Shown: piece after piece, positions 43,144 through 51,616 of the stretch | Position numbering within the stretch: position 1 is the first letter of the stretch | Layout: each line of letters opens with the position of its first letter | Assembly: GCA_041671505.1 (NCBI GenBank) | Contig: JBAZBK010000009.1 | Location: forward strand, 1 to 64,000 | Source: Thermoanaerobaculia bacterium | GTDB taxonomy: Bacteria; Acidobacteriota; Thermoanaerobaculia; Gp7-AA8 | Direction: 5' to 3' | DNA length: 64,000 nt | Translations under genes and position numbers: made by a program | The notes under the pieces: generated by a model | Told to the model about the DNA's origin: nothing | The model's input: the letters and a program-made list of their open reading frames with translations, nothing else | The model's database searches: none

Positions 43144-44165
43144 TTTGCGATCTCCGGGAGCGTCTTCGCGCGAAGGATCTCGTTCAGGAGCGTGAGGTCG
43201 TAGATTCCGTCGAGGTTAGGCTTCTCGCGAAGGAAACCAGCGGCGTGCGCGGCGTCGGCGCTCGCGACGAGCGACGGCGCGATCGGGTCCCACGTCGGGC
43301 GCATCCGCTCCCAGGCCTGCGCAAGAACGGCATCGGAGAGCTTCTTGCCGGTCAGTTTGCCGATCTCGTCGTTGAGGACGCGCTTCGCATCGTCGGGGTG
43401 CGCGAGCTCCCACTCGGTGACTGCGACGTGAGCCTCGAGCCACGTGCGGACGAGGTCGGGATGCTCGCGGAGGAACTTCGTGCTGACGATGACGTGCGCG
43501 GTGACGAAGTCGCCGCCGGGCCAGAGCGTACGCTCGTCGACAAGGATCACGCCGCCGCCGTCGACGACAAGGCGGCTGGCCCACGGCTCGGGCACCCACG
43601 CGCCGTCGATGTCACCGCGGCGGAAGAGGTCGAGGATCTGCGGGTTCTGCGTCGGGATGACGTCGACCGACCCGCCCTTGTCGCGCGACGCGAGTCCGTT
43701 CCTGCCGAGCCACGCGCGGAGCGCGACGTCCTGCGTGTTGCCGAGCTGCGGTGAGGCGAGTTTGCGGCCGGCGAGGTCGGCGGGCCCGGCGATGCCTGCG
43801 TCCTTCCGGACCACGAGCGCGGCGCCGCCGCTGGTCGCGCCGGCGACGACGCGGAGGGCCTCGCCCTTCGACTGCACGAAGCCGTTGATCGCCGGGTTCG
43901 GGCCGATGTAGGCGAGGTCGAGCTCGCCGCCGAAGAGGGCCTCGATGACCGAGGGCCCTGCGTTGAAAGTCGTCGGCTTGATGGTGACGCCGTCACCGAG
44001 CGCGCGCTGGAAGTCACCGCGCGCCAGGCCGACGAGCGCCTGCGAGTGGGTGATGTTGGGGAAGTAGCCGACGCGGATGGTCTGCTGGCCCGCCGGAGCG
44101 GGCGATTTGCCAGTGCAAGCGAGCAGAAGAGAGGCGGCGAGGGCCGCGGCCAGGAGGCGCTTCAT
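43140..44165 (-). CDS. ABC transporter periplasmic substrate-binding protein (SsuA/NMT1 family).
   Basis: ATG 44165. The lipoprotein signal is MKRLLAAALAASLLLACTG. Then IRVGYFPNITHSQALVGL, which is typical of the SsuA/TauA/NMT1 fold. A possible sigma70 promoter, TTGACA-17-ACCATT, sits just upstream. Confidence 0.8.
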   Translation of the reverse strand: MKRLLAAALAASLLLACTGKSPAPAGQQTIRVGYFPNITHSQALVGLARGDFQRALGDGVTIKPTTFNAGPSVIEALFGGELDLAYIGPNPAINGFVQSKGEALRVVAGATSGGAALVVRKDAGIAGPADLAGRKLASPQLGNTQDVALRAWLGRNGLASRDKGGSVDVIPTQNPQILDLFRRGDIDGAWVPEPWASRLVVDGGGVILVDERTLWPGGDFVTAHVIVSTKFLREHPDLVRTWLEAHVAVTEWELAHPDDAKRVLNDEIGKLTGKKLSDAVLAQAWERMRPTWDPIAPSLVASADAAHAAGFLREKPNLDGIYDLTLLNEILRAKTLPEIAK

Positions 44166-44279
44166 GGGGTAATGGTAGTTTGTTGATCGTATTTGTCAAG
44201 AATGAAGCGTGAGGGTGGGCTGGGATGCGATGCATAAGGCGAGGCCGGCAGTGAGAATGAGACGAGACAAGCGGCGAGA

Positions 44280-44410
44280 GAAGAGAAACGAGAGAAGAGA
44301 GAAGAGTTAAGAGAGAAGAGTTAAGAGTTGGGGGTTGGCGGGAGCGCACCTGAGAAGGAACGGGTGGCAAACTCTTAACTCTTCTCTCTCAACTCTTAAC
44401 TCTTCTCTTT
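44280..44410. repeat. Heptamer-repeat inverted repeat (GAGAAGA and GTTAAGA units) overlapping the 3' end of the Rrf2 gene.
   Basis: The left arm is gagaagagttaagagagaagagttaagagtt and the right arm is aactcttaactcttctctctcaactcttaactcttctc. The spacer of about 45 bp is gggggttggcgggagcgcacctgagaaggaacgggtggca. Confidence 0.7.
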
Positions 44411-44883
44411 TCTAGCTTCTCTCGTCGTTGCCTTTCCGCTCGCACTTCCACCCGATGCCGTGCCCGCGCCGCCCGCCCCTCCTCCGCCACCATGTCCGCG
44501 AGCGTCTTCGCCTCGAGCAGCTCGGCGACGACGTCGCGCACCTCGCGCATGAGGGCCGAGAACGCGGGCGACGCCTCGAGCGGCGTCGGCTGGTAGAAGT
44601 TCTTCGACGCGCTCCGGACCGGCGCGAGAGGGCCATCGACCGCGCGGACGACATCGGCGATCGAGATCTCCGACGCGTCCATCGCGAGCTTGAAGCCTCC
44701 GTCGGCGCCGCGCCGCGACACGAGAAAGCCGGCGCCCGTCAGCTTGCGGAGGATCTGCTGCAGGAACGGCGCCGGGATCGTGAAGCGCTCGGTGATGTCG
44801 TGCGTCTTGCACCACCCCTCGCTCGCCTCCGCGATCGCGAGAAGCGCAAGGCAGCTGTACTCGCTGGCGACCGTCATTCGCAT
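44389..44883 (-). CDS. Rrf2-family transcriptional regulator (IscR/CymR-like).
   Basis: ATG 44883 (MRMTVASEYSCLALLAIAEA). The winged-helix region reads HDITERFTIPAPFLQQILRKLTGAGFLVSRRGADGGFKL. An unusual basic C-terminal tail, RQRREKLEKRRVKS, is encoded inside the repeat element. Confidence 0.8.
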   Translation of the reverse strand: MRMTVASEYSCLALLAIAEASEGWCKTHDITERFTIPAPFLQQILRKLTGAGFLVSRRGADGGFKLAMDASEISIADVVRAVDGPLAPVRSASKNFYQPTPLEASPAFSALMREVRDVVAELLEAKTLADMVAEEGRAARARHRVEVRAERQRREKLEKRRVKS

Positions 44884-44960
44884 GGGGGCGATTGTGGGGG
44901 AGGGGGGGTGGGGGGTCAAGTTGACGGGAGATATGAATTGAATGGCACGTCAGCCCGAAA

Positions 44961-45081
44961 CCGAAATGAAGAATGTCGAATGAGGAATGAAGAATTGAGA
45001 AAAGGGGCCGTGGTCGTCGTCACGGCCGGGCATGCGCCTTTTCTTCATTCTTCATTCCTCATTCGACATTCTTCATTTCGG
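44961..45081. repeat. Heptamer-repeat palindromic element E2 (GAATGAA family) with a central GC hairpin.
   Basis: The arms are ccgaaatgaagaatgtcgaatgaggaatgaagaattgag and cttcattcttcattcctcattcgacattcttcatttcgg. The centre is aaaaggggccgtggtcgtcgtcacggccgggcatgcgcctttt, containing the hairpin ggccgtg...cacggcc. Confidence 0.75.
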
Positions 45082-45128
45082 TGCCCGCGCGGCTACACAT
45101 GATCATCGTTACCGGCGAGAAACGTGCG

Positions 45129-46004
45129 TCACTTCACATGTCCCCGCACAAACCCCGCCACCCTCTCGAAGTACGCGTTCCCTCCAACCTCCGTCAGGTC
45201 GTTGTGGTCCGCGCCATGAATGACCAACATCTCCTTCGGCCCTTCGAGCGCGGCGTAGAGCTCCTTGCCGCAGGCGAAGGGGATGATCGTGTCGGCGTCG
45301 CCGTGGATGACGAGCACCGGCACGCGGGCGCGGTTGAGTGAGCGCGCGGTCGGCAGGGAGTTGCCGAGGAGGTAGCCCAGGGGCTTGCGGTAGGCGTTGT
45401 TCGCGACGCTTGCGGCCGAGGGGAACGAACTTTGGATCACGACACAGCGGACGCTGCGGTTCGCTGCGACGTCCGCGGCGTAGGCTCCGCCGAGCGATTC
45501 TCCGTAGAGCGCGATGCGTTCGGCCGGCGCGCCGAGCGTCGTCCGCGCGTAGTCGTAGACCGCGAGACCGTCGACGTAGAGCTTCGACTCGCTCGGAGAG
45601 CCTTCACTCTTTCCGTAGCCGCGGTAGTCGAAGAGGAGCACCGAGATTCCGCGCCGCTCGAGCTCTTCCGCGGTATCGGCGCGATGCGACAGGTTTCCTC
45701 CGTTGCCATGAAAGAAGATCAGCAGCGGCGCGTCCGCGTCCTTTGCGGAGAAGAGCCACGCGTGGAGCTTCAGGCCGTCAGGCGTCGTGATGATGTGCTC
45801 GGTCGGTCTGGGCTCGAGCGCGCTCACGTCCCAGTTTCCGGTGGGGTACTTGTCGGGAAAGAAGAGGGTGCTCCGCTTCATCACGTTGACGAGGGCCCAG
45901 AGGAGGGCGGTGACGACGAAGAGCCAGAGAAGAGCCTGCGCCGCGAGGCGGGGGGGGGGGGGGGGGGGGAGGGCGAGGAGGGCGAGCATCGGCGGTTGGA
46001 TCAT
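45129..46004 (-). CDS. Alpha/beta hydrolase (BAAT/hydrolase_4-like) with an N-terminal membrane anchor.
   Basis: ATG 46004 (MIQPPMLALLALPPPPPPRLAAQALLWLFVVTALLWALVNV), or alternatives at 45989 or 46142. Hallmarks are HGNGGN, the nucleophile elbow GESLGG, and C-terminal HGDADTIIP...HGADHND. Confidence 0.75.
   Translation of the reverse strand: MIQPPMLALLALPPPPPPRLAAQALLWLFVVTALLWALVNVMKRSTLFFPDKYPTGNWDVSALEPRPTEHIITTPDGLKLHAWLFSAKDADAPLLIFFHGNGGNLSHRADTAEELERRGISVLLFDYRGYGKSEGSPSESKLYVDGLAVYDYARTTLGAPAERIALYGESLGGAYAADVAANRSVRCVVIQSSFPSAASVANNAYRKPLGYLLGNSLPTARSLNRARVPVLVIHGDADTIIPFACGKELYAALEGPKEMLVIHGADHNDLTEVGGNAYFERVAGFVRGHVK
45951..45969. repeat. Homopolymeric G19 tract (poly-C on the coding strand) in the N-terminal coding region of the hydrolase.
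   Basis: Nineteen consecutive G residues are read directly from the sequence. On the minus strand they encode PPPPPP between the candidate start codons and the transmembrane helix. Confidence 0.9.
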
Positions 46005-46038
46005 ACGTACGCTCTTTGATTCCAAGGCCAGATTGAGA

Positions 46039-46153
46039 ACCGAAATGAAGAATGTCGAATGCGGAATGAAGAATGAAGAAAGTGGGCGCGAGAAGTCAGT
46101 GAAGCCGGCGAACTTCTCCATTCTGCATTCCGCATTCGACATTCTTCATTTCG
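46039..46153. repeat. Heptamer-repeat palindromic element E3 (GAATGAA and GAATGCG units).
   Basis: The arms are ccgaaatgaagaatgtcgaatgcggaatgaagaatgaagaa and ttctccattctgcattccgcattcgacattcttcatttcgg. Confidence 0.75.
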
Positions 46154-46199
46154 GTTTCTTCGCGAGTCTCGAAATGATAGGTCGAGGGCGAAAAGCGCC

Positions 46200-46991
46200 C
46201 TACTTCTTGAACTTCGACTTCAGTCGCTCTCTCGCGATCTCGTCGATCTGCGCGAGCAGCGGTGAAATGAGCTCCCGCTGCTTCGCGACGAGCTGCTCGA
46301 TCCCCCCCTTCGCCAGGGCGATCATCGCGGTCATCTCCTCTTCGCTGAAGCTCCCTTTTTCGGCGGTGCCCTGCAGCTCGATGAACTTCATCGCGTCGGT
46401 CGCCACGATGTTCATGTCGACCTCGGCGGTCGAGTCTTCGCTGTAGTCGAGGTCGAGGTACGGCATGCCGTGATGGATGCCGACGGAGACCGCGGCAACC
46501 TGCGAGCGCACCGGCCAGTTCACCATCTTCTTGTTGAGGTAGATCTTCCCGAGCGCGAGGACGAGCGCGACGTAGCCGCCGGTGATCGACGCGCAACGCG
46601 TGCCGCCGTCGGCCTGGATCACGTCGCAATCGATGATCACCGTCCGCTCGCCGAGCGCCTCCTGGTCGATCGTGCCGCGAAGCGCGCGTCCGATCAGGCG
46701 CTGGATCTCGAGCGTCCGGCCTCCCTGCTTTCCTTTCGCGGCCTCGCGCTGATTCCGCTCATTCGTCGCGCGCGGGAGCATGCCGTACTCGGCGGTGACC
46801 CAGCCCTTGCCGCTGCGGAAAAGGAAAGGAGGAACCTTGTCCTCGATCGACGCGGTGCAGATGACGCGCGTGTCGCCCATTTCGATCAGGACCGAGCCTT
46901 CGGCGTGCTTGTTGAAGTCGGGGCGGATGACGACGGGCCGGAGCTCGTCCGTTGCGCGCCCGCCGGAGCGGGCCTTGGGGGAGGTTGTCAT
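46200..46991 (-). CDS. rph: Ribonuclease PH.
   Basis: ATG 46991. Motifs are [47 protein letters not shown] and [12 protein letters not shown]. The product is 263 aa. Confidence 0.9.
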   Translation of the reverse strand: MTTSPKARSGGRATDELRPVVIRPDFNKHAEGSVLIEMGDTRVICTASIEDKVPPFLFRSGKGWVTAEYGMLPRATNERNQREAAKGKQGGRTLEIQRLIGRALRGTIDQEALGERTVIIDCDVIQADGGTRCASITGGYVALVLALGKIYLNKKMVNWPVRSQVAAVSVGIHHGMPYLDLDYSEDSTAEVDMNIVATDAMKFIELQGTAEKGSFSEEEMTAMIALAKGGIEQLVAKQRELISPLLAQIDEIARERLKSKFKK

Positions 46992-47027
46992 GGGGACCTA
47001 TATAGATGAGATTGCGGTTGGTTGGAA

Positions 47028-47275
47028 GGGCGATTGCTGAATGCGGATTGCAGAATGCGGAATGCGGAGTGAAATGCGGAATTCGGATTGCGGAATGCGG
47101 AATGGGAATGCGGCCGGTGAACCGAAATGTCGAATGTTGAATGAGGAATGGAGAATGTAGAAAGGGGAGTACGGCAAGTCCGAGGTCAGTCTCCTTTCTT
47201 CATTCCTCATTCTTCATTCGACATTCGACATTTCGGTTCTGATTCTGCCTTTCATTCCGCATTCCCACTTCCGCA
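47028..47275. repeat. Composite heptamer-repeat palindromic element E4. Outer arms are GAATGCG x8 and CCGCATTC x3; inner arms are the CCGAAATGTCGAATG family.
   Basis: The left outer arm is gaatgcggattgcagaatgcggaatgcggagtgaaatgcggaattcggattgcggaatgcggaatgggaatgcgg. The inner IR pairs accgaaatgtcgaatgttgaatgaggaatggagaatg with cattcctcattcttcattcgacattcgacatttcggtt. The right outer arm abuts or overlaps the glgC stop. Confidence 0.75.
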
Positions 47276-48508
47276 TTACTCCAGAACCGTCCCCTTCGGA
47301 ATCACGACGATGCCCGACTCGGTGACGGTGAAGCGCTGGCGGTCGGCCTCGAGGTCGTAGCCGATCGTCATGCGGGGAGGGATCTTCACGCCCTTGTCGA
47401 TGATTGCGCGCCTGATCCTCGAGTGGCGGCCGATCTCGACGCCGTCCATCAGGATCGAGCCTTCGACGTCGGAGAACGAATGGATGCGCACCTTCGGCGA
47501 GAGGATCGACCGGTTGATGACGCCGCCCGAGATGATGACCCCCTCGGCGACGAGCGAGTTCGTCGCGCGGCCGATTCGCTGCGGCTCGTCGAAGACGAAC
47601 TTCGCCGGCGGCAGGTTCAGCCACGCCGAGCGGAGCGGCCACTGCGAGTTGTAGAGGTTGAACTTCGGCGAGATGGAGATCAGGTCCATCGACGCCGTGT
47701 AGTACGAGTCGATCGTTCCGACGTCGCGCCAGTAGCCGCGCGCCTCGGCTTCCTCGCCCGGAACGACGTTCGTCCCGAAGTCGTACGCCATCACCTTCGC
47801 CTCCCCGTACATCTGGGGAATGATCTCCTTGCCGAAGTCGTGCGCCGAGTCGCGCAGCGCGTTCGATTCGAGAACGTCGATGATCGCGCTCGCCTTGAAG
47901 ATGTAGTTGCCCATCGAGGCGAGCACCTCGTCGGGACGGCCGGGGATCGTCTTCGCCCCTTCCTTCGGCTTTTCGACGAAGCCGGTCACGCGGAACGAGT
48001 CGTCGATCTCGATGACGCCGAACTGGTTCGCCTCGGCGAGAGGAACGGGAATCGTCGCGATCGTCAGGTCGGCGTCGGTCTCCAGGTGGAAATCCATCAT
48101 CTGCGCGACGTCCATCTTGTAGATGTGGTCGCCGCCGAAGACGCAGACGTGCGTCGGCTTCTCGTCGAAGATCAGCTCGAGGTTCTGGTAGACGGCGTCG
48201 GCCGTGCCGCGGAACCAGAAGGGCCCCTTGCGCATCTGCGCGGGAACGACGTCGACGTACTGGCCGATCTCCGCGGAGAGGCGCCAGGTGCGCGAGATGT
48301 GCTCGATCAGCGAGTTCGACTTGAACTGTGTGAGGACCTTGACCTTGTAGAAGCCGGAGTTGACGAAGTTGTTGAGGACGAAGTCGATGATCCGGTAGCG
48401 GCCGCCAAACGGCACCGCGGGCTTCGCGCGATCGCGCGTGAGCGGATAGAGCCGCTCGCCCATTCCGCCGGCGAGCACCATCGTCAGCGTGTTCCGGTAT
48501 GTCTGCAT
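47276..48508 (-). CDS. glgC: Glucose-1-phosphate adenylyltransferase.
   Basis: ATG 48508 (MQTYRNTLTMVLAGGMGERLYPLTRDRAKPAVPFGGRYRIIDFVLNNFVNSG). The full-length GlgC pattern includes FRGTADAV and the left-handed beta-helix C-terminus. Confidence 0.9.
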   Translation of the reverse strand: MQTYRNTLTMVLAGGMGERLYPLTRDRAKPAVPFGGRYRIIDFVLNNFVNSGFYKVKVLTQFKSNSLIEHISRTWRLSAEIGQYVDVVPAQMRKGPFWFRGTADAVYQNLELIFDEKPTHVCVFGGDHIYKMDVAQMMDFHLETDADLTIATIPVPLAEANQFGVIEIDDSFRVTGFVEKPKEGAKTIPGRPDEVLASMGNYIFKASAIIDVLESNALRDSAHDFGKEIIPQMYGEAKVMAYDFGTNVVPGEEAEARGYWRDVGTIDSYYTASMDLISISPKFNLYNSQWPLRSAWLNLPPAKFVFDEPQRIGRATNSLVAEGVIISGGVINRSILSPKVRIHSFSDVEGSILMDGVEIGRHSRIRRAIIDKGVKIPPRMTIGYDLEADRQRFTVTESGIVVIPKGTVLE

Positions 48509-48617
48509 GCCCGACCGTCCTCCCGCCCCCGCGCGCCCGGGCGGGGGCACCCCGACCCTCCGGGATTCCCGGCCCTGCCGCGTGGCATTCCGTTTGCCGA
48601 TGCTCTAATCTCGTTCC

Positions 48618-49643
48618 ATGGCGGACCGTGATTATTACGAAATACTCGGCATCAAGAAGGGTGCCACGGACGAGGAAATAAAGAAAGCGTACCGCCGCCT
48701 CGCGCGCAAGCACCACCCCGACGTCAATAAGGGTGCGAAGGACTCGGAAAACCGATTCAAGGAAATCAGCGAGGCGTACGCGGTTCTCAGCGACAAAGAG
48801 AAGCGGGAGCAGTACGACCGGCTCGGCCGTGAGGCGTTCAACTTCAACAGCGCCGGACCAGGAGGCGGCGGGCCGTTTCCAGGCTTCGACTTCGACTTCT
48901 CGCAGTTCACGGGCGGGGGAGGACGTGGGAAACGCGGAGGAGCGAAAGTCTCCGATTTCCGCGACATCTTCGGCGATCTCTTCGGCGGCGCGGGGCGAAG
49001 CGCGGCACCGGCGCGCGGAAGCGATGTCGAAGCGCGGACGACGCTCGAGTTCGGCGACGCCGTGCGCGGCACGACGCTTCAGCTCTCGATCCAGACGCAG
49101 GGCGAATGCTCGAACTGCCGCGGTCTCGGCAACGTGAAGAACCAGATCTGCCCCCGCTGCGGCGGCTCCGGCATGGCTCCCTCGACACAGAACGTGAAGG
49201 TGAAGCTGCCCGAAGGGGTAAGCGACGGACAGACCGTGCGCCTCGCGGGCAAAGGGGGAGCGGGACAGAAGGGAGCGCCGCCCGGCGACCTGCTGATCCA
49301 CGTCTCGGTCAAACCGCATCCTTTCTTCGAGCGACGCGGCAACGACATCCACATCGAGCTTCCGGTCACCCTCGGCGAAGCCGTGCATGGCGGCGAGATC
49401 GACGTTCCGACGATCCACGGCCCCGTGAGGGCTCGAATCCCGGCCGGCACGCAGAGCGGCCAGACGTTCCGGCTCTCCGGCAAGGGCGTGAAGAACAACC
49501 GCGGCGCCGGCCATGGTGACCACTACTACCGTGTCATGATCCACATCCCCGGCCAGCTCAGCGAAGCGACAAAGAAGAAACTCGACGAGATCGACACCGC
49601 GTACGAGGAGAACCCGAGGGCGAAGCTGAAGACGGGGCTGTAG
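48618..49643 (+). CDS. DnaJ-family chaperone (J-domain protein, CbpA/DnaJ-like with a reduced zinc finger).
   Basis: ATG 48618. The J-domain reads [34 protein letters not shown] Gly/Phe-rich linker follows. There are two CxxCxGxG motifs ([16 protein letters not shown]), and then the DnaJ C-terminal domains. Confidence 0.85.
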   Translation: MADRDYYEILGIKKGATDEEIKKAYRRLARKHHPDVNKGAKDSENRFKEISEAYAVLSDKEKREQYDRLGREAFNFNSAGPGGGGPFPGFDFDFSQFTGGGGRGKRGGAKVSDFRDIFGDLFGGAGRSAAPARGSDVEARTTLEFGDAVRGTTLQLSIQTQGECSNCRGLGNVKNQICPRCGGSGMAPSTQNVKVKLPEGVSDGQTVRLAGKGGAGQKGAPPGDLLIHVSVKPHPFFERRGNDIHIELPVTLGEAVHGGEIDVPTIHGPVRARIPAGTQSGQTFRLSGKGVKNNRGAGHGDHYYRVMIHIPGQLSEATKKKLDEIDTAYEENPRAKLKTGL

Positions 49644-49673
49644 CGGGGATGGTGGGAGGGCCGCAGGGAGGAG

Positions 49674-49830
49674 TTGTTAGTTTTTAGTTGTTAGTTGTTA
49701 GACGGGAATGGCAGGCCGCGACTTCTTCCTGACAACGCAGCTACCGGCGACCTCCATCCTCTTCCCAACGCGGGTCGAATCCTTCAGCCAGCGCAGACTG
49801 TCTAACAACTAACAACTAACAACTAACAAC
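49674..49830. repeat. Heptamer-repeat palindromic element E5 (GTTGTTA units). Near-perfect 31-bp inverted repeats flank a 95-bp spacer and abut the downstream gene's ATG.
   Basis: The left arm is gttgttagtttttagttgttagttgttagac (49674-49703) and the right arm is gtctaacaactaacaactaacaactaacaac (49799-49830). Confidence 0.8.
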
Positions 49831-49833
49831 TGC

Positions 49834-50550
49834 ATGCCCCACGACATCTACATCATCGGCGACTCCCACATCGGCCTCGCGGACGGCGACGAGGCGAAGA
49901 TCGTCGCGTGGCTCGACCGGTTCGCGGCGCTGAAGCCGAAGGCGCTCTACCTGAACGGCGACGTTTTTCACTACTTCATCGGCCATCGCAACTTCGTGAC
50001 GACATCAGTGGAGAAGTTCTTCGCGAAGCTGAAGGAGCTGCGAGACTCGGGCGTCGAGGTTCACTACGTCGAAGGGAACCGCGACTTTTTCCTCGAGGGC
50101 TCGATCGCGGAGGCGTCGGTCTCGACGCTCTCGATCAGGCGCGACATCGTGGCGGGAACCCGCCGCATCCTCGTGATCCACGGCGACATGATCAACGACC
50201 GCGACCGGATGTACCGCTTCTGGCGCCGCTTCTCGAAGAATCCCGTCATGCGCTTCGCCGTGAAGATGATTCCGATGGGGATCGCCAGGCGGATCGTCGA
50301 CGAGATGGAGGCGAAGCTCGCGCGGACGAACTTCAAGCACCGCTACCGGATTCCGACCGAGATCATGGAGGAGTACGGCGCCAGGCGCGCGGCCGAAGGC
50401 TACGACATGGTCGTCTTCGGCCACTTCCACAAGAAGCTCGAGATCCCCGCCGGTACCGCGCTCGTCTGCGTCCTCCCGGCATGGTTCGACGGAGGCGAAG
50501 CGCTGCGCGTGGATGAGGAGACGGGGGAGTGGGAGTGGGTGAGCGTGTGA
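49834..50550 (+). CDS. Calcineurin-like metallophosphoesterase, LpxH-like (UDP-2,3-diacylglucosamine hydrolase family).
   Basis: ATG 49834. Motifs are IIGDSHIG (metal site 1), GDVFHY, EGNRD and GHFH. The product is 238 aa. Confidence 0.7.
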   Translation: MPHDIYIIGDSHIGLADGDEAKIVAWLDRFAALKPKALYLNGDVFHYFIGHRNFVTTSVEKFFAKLKELRDSGVEVHYVEGNRDFFLEGSIAEASVSTLSIRRDIVAGTRRILVIHGDMINDRDRMYRFWRRFSKNPVMRFAVKMIPMGIARRIVDEMEAKLARTNFKHRYRIPTEIMEEYGARRAAEGYDMVVFGHFHKKLEIPAGTALVCVLPAWFDGGEALRVDEETGEWEWVSV

Positions 50551-50581
50551 CCGCTCTCCACATCCGTCGATTGGGAAAGGC

Positions 50582-50678
50582 CGAAGTGAGAACGCAGAAC
50601 GATGAAGTGTGAACCCAGAAAGGGGCTGAGCAGCCCCTTTTCTGGATTCTGAGTTCAACGTTCTACGTTCTCACTTCG
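50582..50678. repeat. Palindromic element E6 (heptamers ending in GAA) enclosing an intrinsic terminator hairpin.
   Basis: The arms are cgaagtgagaacgcagaacg and cgttctacgttctcacttcg, 20 bp with 1 mismatch. The centre is aggggctgagcagccccttttctgg, a GC stem with a T-run, so it is a likely rho-independent terminator for the 49834..50550 gene. Confidence 0.7.
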
Positions 50679-50705
50679 CTGTTGATTTACACTCGCCCAA
50701 CCCCC

Positions 50706-51479
50706 ATGAAAGTCTCCTTCCTCGGCACCGGCACTTCCACAGGCGTTCCGACTGTCGGATGCCGCTGCAGGGTCTGCACGTCGACGAATCCTAAGAACGT
50801 GCGGTTCCGGCAGTCGATCAGGATCGAGGCGAAGGGAAAGCACATCCTCGTCGACACGACGCCCGACCTCAGGACGCAGCTGCTGCGCGACCCGATCCCG
50901 CGGCTCGACGCGGTGCTGCTGACGCACTCGCACTCCGACCACGTGATGGGGCTCGACGACATCCGCCCCTTCAACTTCTTCCAGCGCGAGACGATCCCCG
51001 TCTATGCCTCGCCTCCGACGGCGAAGGCTGTGCGTCGCGCCTTCAGCTACATCTGGGATCCGCACGCGCAGATCGGCGGCGGCAAGCCGCAGATCGACCT
51101 TCGCGAGATCGACGGGCCGTTCGATTTCTACGGCATCGACATCGTCCCGATCCCCGTCCGCCACGGCGACTGGACGATCCTCGGGTTTCGCATCGGCCCC
51201 TTCGCCTACATCACCGACACGAACGGCATCCCCGAGGAGTCGCGACGCCTGTTGGAAGGAGTCGACACGATCGCGCTCGACGGCCTCCGGCCCGCGCCAA
51301 CGCACCCGACCCACTTCACCATCGGCGAGGCGGTCGAGGAGGCGAAGGCGATCGGCGCGCGCAAGACCTGGCTCATCCACATGAGCCACGACGCGGAGCA
51401 CGAGGAAGTGGATGCTGGGCTTCCTGCGGGCATTTCGCTCGCGTACGATGGCCTCGAACTCGTCTTTGACGAGAATTGA
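50706..51479 (+). CDS. MBL-fold metallo-hydrolase (PhnP/GPP-like phosphodiesterase family).
   Basis: ATG 50706 (MKVSFLGTGTSTGVPTVGCRC...). The metal-binding HSHSDH motif is present. The product is 258 aa. Confidence 0.8.
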   Translation: MKVSFLGTGTSTGVPTVGCRCRVCTSTNPKNVRFRQSIRIEAKGKHILVDTTPDLRTQLLRDPIPRLDAVLLTHSHSDHVMGLDDIRPFNFFQRETIPVYASPPTAKAVRRAFSYIWDPHAQIGGGKPQIDLREIDGPFDFYGIDIVPIPVRHGDWTILGFRIGPFAYITDTNGIPEESRRLLEGVDTIALDGLRPAPTHPTHFTIGEAVEEAKAIGARKTWLIHMSHDAEHEEVDAGLPAGISLAYDGLELVFDEN

Positions 51480-51594
51480 AAATTGAAAATTGAAAAACAA
51501 ACATCCAATACGGCTTGTTAATATGAAAGGTAGTTTTGGTACATTGATATGAATCCTGCACGTTTTTCAATTTTCAATTTTCAATTTTCAATTC
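51473..51594. repeat. Heptamer-repeat palindromic element E7 (GAATTGA and AAATTGA units) with an AT-rich centre. The left arm overlaps the upstream stop codon.
   Basis: The left arm is gaattgaaaattgaaaattgaaaa and the right arm is ttttcaattttcaattttcaattttcaattc. The AT-rich centre is caaacatccaatacggcttgttaatatgaaaggtagttttggtacattgatatgaatcctgcacg. Confidence 0.8.
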
Positions 51595-51616
51595 CGAGCC
51601 CGAACCCGAGCCCGCG

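Noticed and set aside
48509-48617. Possible divergent sigma70 promoters between glgC and the DnaJ-like gene.
   Set aside because: Only weak hexamer matches with wrong spacing (TTGCCG/TCTAAT). This is not enough to call.
47214-49544. 776-aa minus-strand ORF spanning glgC and the DnaJ-like gene.
   Set aside because: It lies in a different frame from glgC and antisense to the DnaJ-like gene. Its product is Arg/Gly-rich with no domain. Both overlapped genes are unambiguous.
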